Assembly (NCBI GenBank): GCA_964016885.1
Contig: OZ024749.1
Span: 7,316,001 to 7,380,000 of the forward strand
Length of the DNA stretch: 64,000 bases
Source: Eledone cirrhosa
Taxonomy: Eukaryota
Direction: 5' to 3'
Shown here: piece by piece, positions 45,001 to 64,000 of the stretch
Position numbering within the stretch: position 1 is the first letter of the stretch
How the letters are laid out: each line of letters begins with the position of its first letter
The notes under the pieces: generated by a model
What the model was told of the DNA's origin: nothing
Database searches by the model: none
Seen by the model: the letters and a program-made list of their open reading frames with translations, nothing else
Made by a program: the position numbers and the translations under genes

Positions 45001-48000
45001 AACATTAACAACAGTAACAAACCAACACCACAAAACCACAACAGCCACAACATTAACAACAGCAACAAACCAACACCACAACACCACAACAGCCACAACA
45101 TTAACAACAGCAACAAACCAACACCACAAAACCACAAAAGCCACAACATTAACTAACAACAGCAACAAACCAACACCACAAAACCACAACAGCCACAACA
45201 TTAACAACAGCAACAAACCAACACCACAACACCACAACAGCCACAACATTAACAACAGCATCAAACCAACGCCACAAGAGCCACAACATTAACAACAGCA
45301 ACAAACCAACACCACAACACCACAACATTAAAAACAGCAACAAAGCGACCCCACAACACAGTACAACCAACAACAACACAACGCAGCACCACATTCAACA
45401 ACACAAAACAGCACCACAATCAACAACCTCACCACAACCAACAACACAACACAGCACAACCAACAACAACACAACACAGCACCACGATCAACAACGCAAC
45501 CAACAACAACACAACACAGCACCACAATCAACAACACCACACAGCACCACAATCAACAACAACAACACTAATAATACATCACAGCCCCAACAACAGTAAC
45601 AACATTAATAACAGCATCTAACGACCAACACCAAGAAAGCCAGAACACCACAACAGCCACAATAGCCACAACAGGAACACACCAGCACCACCACCACAAC
45701 AGCCACAACATTAACAACAGCAACAAACCGACAGCACAACAGCCACAACATTAACAACAGCAATAAACCAAACCCACAACACCACAACTTTAACAACAGC
45801 AACAAACAGACAGCACAACAGCCACAACATTAACAACAGCAATAAACCAAACCCACAACATTAACAACAGCAACAAACCAAACCCACAACACCACAACAT
45901 TAACAACAGCCACAAACCAACTCCACAACACCACAACATTAACAACAGCAACAAACCAACCCCACAACACCACAACAGCCACAACAGCCACAACAGCTAC
46001 ACACCAGTTCCACCACCACAACAGCCACAACATTAGCAACAGCAACACACCAGCACCACCACCGACACCACAACAGCCACTGCAGCAACAAACCAACACC
46101 ACAACATTAACAACATTAACAACAGCACAACAGCCACAACATTAACATCAGCAACAAACCAACACCACAACACTACAACATTAACAACAAGTCAACGCCA
46201 CAACATTAACAACAGCAACAAACCAACACCACAACAGCCACAACATTAACAACAGCAATAAACCAACACCACAAAACCACAACAGCCACAACATTAACAA
46301 CAGCAACAAACCAACACCACAAAACCACAACAGCCACAACATTAACAACAGTATCAAACCAACACCACAACGGCCACAACATTAACAACAGCAGCAAACC
46401 GACCCCACAACACCACAAATTACAACAGCAACAAAGCAACACCACAACACGACAAATTAACAACAGCAACAAACCAACACCACAACATTAACATCATTAA
46501 CAACAGCAACAAACCGACCCCACAACAGCCACAACATTAACAAGAGCAACAAACCAACGCCACAACACCACAACATTAACAACAGCAACAAACCAACACC
46601 ACAACACCACAACATTAACAACAGCAACAAACCAACACCACAGCATTAACAACAGTAACAAACCAACACCACAACACCACAACATTAACAACAGCAACAA
46701 AGCAACACCACAACATTAACAACAGCAACAAACCATCACCACCAAGACCAACAACAAACCATCACCACCAACACCACAACATTAATAACAGCAACAAACC
46801 ATCACCACCAACACCACAACACCACAGCATTAATAACAACAACAAACCATCACCACCAACACCAACAACAAACCATCACCACCAACACCAACAACAACAC
46901 CACAACAGCCACAACATTGACAACATGATATAACGACCACCAACACCATCATCACCACCAACACCATCATCACCACCAACACCACCAACACCACACCACC
47001 AACACACCACCAACACCGCCATCGCCACCAACGCCACCAACACCACCAACGCCACCAACACACCACCAACACACCACCAACACACCACCAACACCACCAT
47101 CACACCACCACACCACCAACACCACCACAAACACCACCAACACACCACCAACACACCAACAACACCACCAACACCACCAACACCACACCACCAACACACC
47201 ACCAACACCGCCAACACCACCAACGCCACCAACACACCACCAACACACCACCAACACCACCATCACACCACCAACACACCACCACACCACCAACACACCA
47301 CCAACACCACCACAAACACCACCAACACACCACCAACACACCAACAACACCACCAACACACCACCACACCACCAACACACCACCAACACACCATCACACC
47401 AACCACCAACACACCACCAACACCACCACACCACCAACACCACCACACCATCAACACCACCAACACACCACCACACCACCAAAACCACCAACAACACCAA
47501 CACCACCAACACCACCAACACACCAGCAACACCACCACACCACCAACACACCACCACACCACCAACACACCATCACACCACCAACACACCACCAAAACCA
47601 CCAACACCACCACGCAACCACCACCACATAACCACCACCAACACCACCACAACCACCACCAACACCACCACAACCAACATCACCACCACCACCACACCAC
47701 CACAACCAATACCACCACACACCACCACCAACACACCAACACCCCACCAACACCACCACACCACCACGACCACCACTACCACCACCACCACACCACCACC
47801 AACACCACCAACACCACCAACATTAACAACACAATATAACGACCACCAACATCACAAACACCACACCATCACACCACCAACACACCACCAACACCACCAA
47901 CACCACCACACCATCAACACCACCAACATACCACCACACCACCAAAACCATCACAACCAACACCACCACCACCACCACCACACCACCACAACCAATACCA

Positions 48001-48690
48001 CCACACACCACCAGCAACACCACCACACCACCAAAACACCACCACGATCGCCACTACCACCACCAACACCACCACACAACCACCACCACCACCACCACCA
48101 AACCACCAACACCACCAACATTAACAACACAATATAACGACAACCAACACCACCAATACCACCACACAACCACCACCACCATCACCACCACCACACAACC
48201 AACACCACCACCACCACCACCACACCACCACAACCAATACCACCACACACCACCACCAACACCACCACACCACCAAAACACCACCACGACCGCCACTACC
48301 ACCACCAACACCACCACACAACCACCACCACCACCACCACCAAACCACCAACACCACCAACATTAACAACACAATATAACGACAACCAACACCACCAATA
48401 CCACCACACAACCACCACCACCATCACCACCACCACACAACCAACACCACCACCACCACCACCACCACACCACCACAACCAATACCACCACACACCACCA
48501 CCAACACCACCACACCACCAAAACACCACCACGACCGCCACTACCACCACCAACACCACCACACAACCACCACCACCACCAAACCACCAACACCACCAAC
48601 ATTAACAACACAATATAACGACCACCAACACCACCAATACCACCACACAACCACCACCACCACCACACCACCACCAATAACACCACTAAC
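42090..48690. repeat. 6.6 kb C/A-rich complex minisatellite (for example the 31 bp CCACAACATTAACAACAGCAACAAACCAACA)
   Basis: Tandem units, with higher-order blocks repeated at ~42900 and ~45545. Confidence 0.92.
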
Positions 48691-48701
48691 AGCCAACTTA
48701 C

Positions 48702-57447
<8,746 letters not shown>

Positions 57448-57634
57448 CTATTCCAAGACATAATATAAGAATACAGTCATGCAATAATCCTTAGTAAGAA
57501 CAATTAATTTTATATATATTTAAATCACGCTCTGTTATATATCGTTTAATTACTGACTCAAGCCTGAGTATGATTTGGTAATGTTTTTGTATGTGTTGTG
57601 TTACGTTCCTGTGCCAACTGTACCCAAATACTTC

Positions 57635-57671
<37 letters not shown>

Positions 57672-57675
<4 letters not shown>

Positions 57676-58262
57676 TGGCTGCCAACTCGTTTTCGAGTAC
57701 GACCACTACTTTATATCCATGTAGGAGAACCCCTACCGATGTTTTAGTCCAGCCAGCGACTTGAAAACTCTGGTACAAACACTACACTTGTGACAATTAT
57801 TGACAAATAGTGCTGGGCCCATGGTACCATGTGATGACAAGTGCAGAGAGATCTCCAGATATAAAGCAATGCCTGTGCCGTGAAGCTTTTATAGTGAGCA
57901 AAGGCACTGCACAAAGCCAGTCCCACTCTCTTGACCAAGATGATATTTACCAAAAAGAAGAACAAGTCAACATCATTGGATACCATCAGGGTTGCAGGTG
58001 TTATATCAGAGTTGTCCTTCTCCTAGAATTCTGCCTTGACAAAGGCTAAGGGTCATCTCTCCCAGTGATTTTGGATGGCCATTGACTCTTAAGAGCTCCT
58101 TTTCCCTTTGACAGGTTTTGTTTTTAGTCCTGCAGGATGTCCAAAGTCACCCTCCTCACCAAGAAACCTTGGTAGGGTTGCCAGTTTAGTCGCCAACGAC
58201 CCGACCATGGGACAGGTTGTACTGGGATACATGTTACCAGTAGCACCAACTGGTGACCTGAC
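57672..58262 (-). mobile_element. Short RTE-derived non-autonomous element, copy 2
   Basis: Near-identical to 50857-51417, with ~50 bp more at the 5' end. Confidence 0.6.
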
Positions 58263-58546
58263 ACATATGTATACATGTATGTATCTACATATATCCATGT
58301 ATTCACAGAGATACACACATTCTTACATGCACACATATGTATATACATATATCATATATATGTATATACATATATGATTATATGTATATACATATATAAT
58401 TATATGTATATACATATATAATTATATGTATATACATATATAATTATATGTATATACATATATAATTGTATGTATATACATATGTAATTATATTATATAT
58501 ACATATATAATATATATGTGTATATACATATATAATTATATGTATA

Positions 58547-58867
58547 TCTATATATCTAAAACAGAGGAGGTCTGTCTTTCTGCCTGACTGTCTGTCTGTC
58601 TGTCTGACTCCCTAAAACTCGAGAACCACCCAACCGATTGTTTTTAAACTTTACACATGTAATACTTATCGTCCTGTGAGTGTTTTGAGCAAAAACTATC
58701 TCAAATTTTCAATGCCCTAGGGACCGAATTAGCCGATTTAGCGATATCTCTCTATAATTCTTAGTCTTTCTTTTTAGATAGATACATAGATATAATGTTG
58801 CGTCCTTATAATATCTGTCTGTATGTCTGGTGTCTGCATTACGACATCATGACGCTATATATATATA

Positions 58868-58938
<71 letters not shown>

Positions 58939-59079
58939 TCGTGTACAGATATTTTTGCATATACAATAACAAAATATAAACAAACGTATTTATTTCACGA
59001 GGCTCGATAAGGATAAATATATATCACATATATAAGAACCCTAGAGCTAATCCCGAGCAACGCCGGGCCATTCTGCTAG
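58547..59079 (+). mobile_element. Non-autonomous Helitron
   Basis: 5' TC, (GTCT)n, 3' hairpin CCCGAGCAACGCCGGG then CTAG; inserted at A/T. Confidence 0.75.
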
Positions 59080-59212
59080 TACATATCTATATCTATCTAA
59101 ATTTATATCTATCTTTCCTTATCTCTTTTTATATCTATCTTTATATCTCTATATATATTTATATCTATCTATGTCCTATATCTATATATTTATATATCTA
59201 TCTTTCTCCTAT

Positions 59213-59695
59213 ACGAGGGAGAGGCGGTTTTCCTATGTGTTATGGCTATGGTGAAAGAGGTTATATGGTGGACGAGGTTAAAAGGGCTGAGGTCAGACAC
59301 CTTTCTCTCCGGCGAGCAACTGATTCGTTTTTTCAAATATCATTTTGGAAGAAGAATCAGGATGGAGAGAGAGGTGCTGTACCCCAGCAAATTTTATAAA
59401 AGGTGGGTGAATGTGGAAAAGATGACCTGAGTGGTTGGCCCCTTTTACTATATAAGCCTGTAGGTTGAGGAAAAAGAGGAAGAGGAAGGGAGTACTCACT
59501 CTTGGTGCTCCTGGAGATGAGGGTTGTACATTTTTTGGGGGTGTGTACAACCCCTGTGTAACGCCTCCCCCTATTGGGGATTTCAATTCTTATTTGTTAT
59601 TTTATTAATAGTTTTATTTTCATATACCTGTATGTAAACTCCCCATTTGTATTTGTCCCTTTCTTTTGTGCCCTTGTGGCTAATAAAGAAATTTA
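59213..59695 (+). mobile_element. L1/Tx1-like LINE 3' end
   Basis: FLCVMAMVKEVIWWTR..RRIRMERE..FYKRW C-terminus; T-rich 3'UTR ending in AATAAAG. Confidence 0.65.
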
Positions 59696-59751
59696 TCCAT
59701 CTTCTATATATATATATATTTATATATCTATCTATCTCTATATATTTATCT

Positions 59752-59807
<56 letters not shown>

Positions 59808-59934
59808 GGTATATATGTGTGCGTGTATATATATATCTTTCTATCTGGAGTGGCGATCGATATATAGTATTAGCAATTGTAAAGACCTATGGAAACATTG
59901 TTTCCTCGGTCCGATTTGACGAAAGTCGATCGTT

Positions 59935-59967
<33 letters not shown>

Positions 59968-60026
59968 ACATCTATATACATATATATTTATATATATGGG
60001 GGAGGGGGGTAACTGTATATATGTAG

Positions 60027-60138
<112 letters not shown>

Positions 60139-60842
60139 CTTTCTCTATGTGTATAAACTGAAATATATCAAGGTCGTAATGCTTTACAGAAAGCCCCTCC
60201 AGCGCTAAGTGGAATTCCTGCAGATAAAACTGATAAATGGATTTAATTTCATTGTGTGTGCGTGTGTGCGTGTGCGTGTGCGTGTGCGTGTGCGTGTGTG
60301 TGTGTGTGTGAGGGAGTGAGTGAGAGAATGAGTGTGTGTGTGTGTGAGAGAGAGAGATAGTGAGTGTGTATGTGTGTCTGTGTTTCCCGAGTGAGTGAGT
60401 GAGTGTGTGTGTGTATGTGTATATGTATGTATGTATGTATGTGTATGTGTGTGTGTGTGTGAGTGTGCGTGTATGTGTATGCATGTATGTATGTATGTGT
60501 ATGCATGTATGTATGTATGTGTATGCATGTATGTATGTATGTATGTATGTATGTATGTATGTGTATGTGAGTGTGTGCATGTGTGCATGTGTGAATGTGT
60601 GTATGTATGTATGTATGTATGTGTCTGTGTGAGTGTGTGCATGTGTGTGTATGTGTATGTGCACGTGTGTGTATGCCTGTACACGTGCGTCAATATGAAA
60701 GCCGAAATCTCTCTGTGAATGTCCTCCCAGCATTAGTGGAGTCGGCCATTTTTGCCGACGAAATTGATGACTATATATCTTTAACTGTATTACAATATCT
60801 CTAGAAACAACAGCAACAACAATAAAATAGTAATAATAGTAA

Positions 60843-61032
60843 TAATTGTTTCTACTTTAGGCACAAGGCCAGCAATTACCCAGTACATTACTGGTACTTT
60901 ATTTTATCGACCCCCGTAAGGATGAAAGGCAAAGTTAACCTCGGCGGGATTTGAACTCAGAATGGCAAGGGCCGTAACTCTATGCATCAAAGCATGGCGT
61001 CCGACCCTCTACCGATACTGCCAATCCACCGC
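60843..61032 (-). mobile_element. Nin/Deu-like tRNA SINE, full length
   Basis: Head, B-box, central domain and tail. Confidence 0.88.
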
Positions 61033-61043
61033 GCTAATACTAC

Positions 61044-61075
<32 letters not shown>

Positions 61076-61078
61076 CTA

Positions 61079-61212
61079 AAAAGGCATGCTTGCTGGGAAC
61101 AGCAAGAACCCTCCGATACGTCCTGAACATCTGAGGCTGCAGGTAGTGGCTTGATATTCATTCCAACGGACTTTCCAGTTAACTAACATCAATGACTGAG
61201 ATTCAAGGAAGA
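61079..61212 (+). mobile_element. R4/Dong-like LINE extreme 3' end within (TAA)n
   Basis: KACLLGTARTLRYVLNI* resembles the Dong/R4 C-terminus; flanked by TAA repeats. Confidence 0.65.
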
Positions 61213-61580
61213 ATAATATTACTAATACTAATAATACTAATACTAATCGTAATAAATACTAATAATAATCGTAATAAATACTAATGATAATAAGGTTGTC
61301 AATTGAATGTGTAGTACTGAAAGATTGACGAAATAACAGGCTTTCAGCTGAACGCAGTTAATTCGTTCCTGCCACCAAAATGTAAAATGAAAATTAATGT
61401 AAATTGACAAGGACGGGCATAAAGATATCATAATATTAATGTTTCCTCTTGCACAGTATTACAGTGTTATACACAACATATATATACACACACACACACA
61501 TATATATATATACATATGTCCCAAGGCTCTGATACCATCAACACTATAAACGCAGAGCTGGCATATCTAAGAACTGACTA

Positions 61581-61636
61581 ACTGCCTGATGAGGCCATAG
61601 CCATTCAATGGCTATCATCGAAATATATATAGCAGT
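61581..61636 (+). ncRNA. Type I hammerhead ribozyme, intact core
   Basis: ACTGC-CTGATGA-g gcc atagcca ttcaa tggctat cat c-GAAA-TATATA-TA-GCAGT. Confidence 0.85.
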
Positions 61637-61681
61637 AAATAAGGGATTATGAGTTCATGCAATTAACTTATATTTCGTCAC

Positions 61682-61723
<42 letters not shown>

Positions 61724-62056
61724 CGTATGCGTGTGCGTGTGCGTGTGTGTATATGTGTGTGTATGTGTGTGACTCCATTTAACAGAGGAAGCAGTGGATT
61801 ACCTGTAATCTTTTGTCCAGATGATATTTCCCTTCCTTATTGAATTAACAAAGATGGTGCAGGTTTCGTTTCTCTTTCGTTTCATTGTATTTCACATCTC
61901 TTCTTCTTAAACTAATTAGACTAGTAACTTATTATTATTGCATTTCTTTGGCCGGGGACGGCCGTGTAATTTATCGAAGCTTATTTTCCCCGCTCCCTTT
62001 CTACACTCAGAGAAATTTAACTCTAATTTAAATTTTTTAAATGTTTATTCATATAT

Positions 62057-62239
62057 AATTGTTTCTACTTCAGGCACAAGGCCAGCAATTACTCAGTGCA
62101 TTACGGCTACTTTATTTTATCGACCCCGTAAGGATGAAAGGCAAAGTCAACCTCGGCGGGATTTGAACTCAAATCGCAAAGGGACGTAACTATGCTGGAA
62201 AGCATGGCGTCCGACCCTCTACCGATACTGCCAATCCAC
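62057..62239 (-). mobile_element. Nin/Deu-like tRNA SINE
   Basis: Near-identical to 5286-5470. Confidence 0.88.
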
Positions 62240-62464
62240 AATACATGGCTGCCATTGTTATTGTTGTTATTGTAGTTAATACTGGGATTTGTTGCAGTTC
62301 TTTTAGTTATTACTTAGTCAGGGAGAGAGTGATATCATTCATGACTCAGTTCTAGGCCAGGCACCTTAAGAGAACGTGGAGCTAAACTGACAGATCCGTA
62401 ACCAAATAACACGAGGCATTTCGTCCGACAACCTAATGATTCTGCCAAAACACTGCATTGCTTC

Positions 62465-62755
62465 ATGGACAGACCCCGAGTAAGATAGTTAGCTAACATC
62501 CATGAGATTGGCTGGTCACGCTTGGGGATCCAGTCGGATCAGTTAGAGACGGTTGCTTCTGACAGGATGCACTGGATGGAGTGTTTGAGGACTCTGCCCC
62601 CACGACCCTCTCAGGAATAAGTGAGGGAAGAAGAAGACAGGGAAGGGAAGTTGGTGTCTATAATTTACATTTTCAGGGCCTTCAAGAACGGTGGGAGGAA
62701 GGGAGCAAGTTATATCAAAACAAAAAGCTAACCCAACTATTTTCCAATAGCATAA
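62465..62755 (+). mobile_element. RTE-clade LINE 3' end
   Basis: Reverse-complement homologue of ~56000-56290. Confidence 0.8.
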
Positions 62756-63205
62756 GCTCCTTAATATATATATAATATATATAATATATATATATATATA
62801 ATATATAATATATATATATATATATATATAATATATATAATATATATAATATATATATATATAATATATAATATATATATATATATATAATATATATAAT
62901 ATATATAATATATATATATATAATATATATATATATATAATATATAATATATATATATATATAATATATAATATATATATAGTAATAATAATAAATTTGA
63001 AGACTAAAATCCAAAGAGGGCTCGATAAGGATAGATATATATCAGCGAACGTTTCCACGAACCAAAGTATCGTCTTCCTCCGGTTGCAACGTTTTTTGAA
63101 ATATCCAGTTCTGCGTTTACAGATTGACTTTGTTAGTTTCAGAAGATCCCGTTAAGGCTGAAAGCAGCGATTCTTTGCTTAAACTTTAATCTGTTATTTT
63201 AATAA

Positions 63206-63293
<88 letters not shown>

Positions 63294-63300
63294 TATATAC

Positions 63301-63361
<61 letters not shown>

Positions 63362-63438
63362 ACGAAGGAAATGTGGTAAGGAACCAGGTGGACCATAACG
63401 CACCAAAGTACTCAATACTTGAGGTAGTAGAGTGGATA

Positions 63439-63493
63439 ATAGGAACCAGTAAGACCCCGACAGCTGAGCTCAGCTGTCGGGGTCTTACTGGTT

Positions 63494-63498
<5 letters not shown>
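63439..63498. repeat. Perfect 60 bp palindrome at the edge of a unique island in (TA)n
   Basis: ATAGGAACCAGTAAGACCCCGACAGCTGAG followed by its exact reverse complement. Confidence 0.95.
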
Positions 63499-63591
<93 letters not shown>

Positions 63592-63702
63592 CATACATAT
63601 ATATATATATATACATACATACATATATATACATATATATACATATATATACATATATATACATATATATACATATATATACATATATATACATATATAT
63701 AC

Positions 63703-63755
<53 letters not shown>

Positions 63756-63756
63756 T

Positions 63757-63807
<51 letters not shown>

Positions 63808-63812
63808 TATAC

Positions 63813-63851
<39 letters not shown>

Positions 63852-63862
63852 CATATATATAC

Positions 63863-63901
<39 letters not shown>

Positions 63902-63912
63902 CATATATATAC

Positions 63913-64000
<88 letters not shown>

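Noticed and set aside
63134-63175. CAGAAGA..GAAA motif
   Set aside because: Core mismatch, with no stem I or cleavage triplet

Overview
AT-rich, microsatellite-saturated eukaryotic DNA with one 200-N gap. The SINE, LINE and Helitron content suggests a cephalopod, probably octopus (inference). Nearly all ORFs in the supplied track are translated simple repeats. Recognisable content is decayed transposons: Penelope-like (PLE) RT and GIY-YIG fragments; CR1, RTE, CRE, R4/Dong and L1/Tx1 LINE fragments; Nin/Deu-domain and CORE-type tRNA SINEs; and non-autonomous Helitrons. There is also a tentative chain of small minus-strand exons. The most striking unannotated signal is about 20 type I hammerhead ribozyme (HHR) motifs, read by eye, in short and mutually unrelated non-coding islands inside (TA)n tracts. 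Many islands are fold-back palindromes, some turning on HHR stem II. Two are ~520-530 bp units with terminal direct redundancy, as expected from copying around a circular or tandem RNA. One HHR and tail family is physically joined to a PLE GIY-YIG fragment. Together these suggest a diverse, (TA)n-associated, PLE-mobilised population of retrozyme-like elements. No computation or database search was run.
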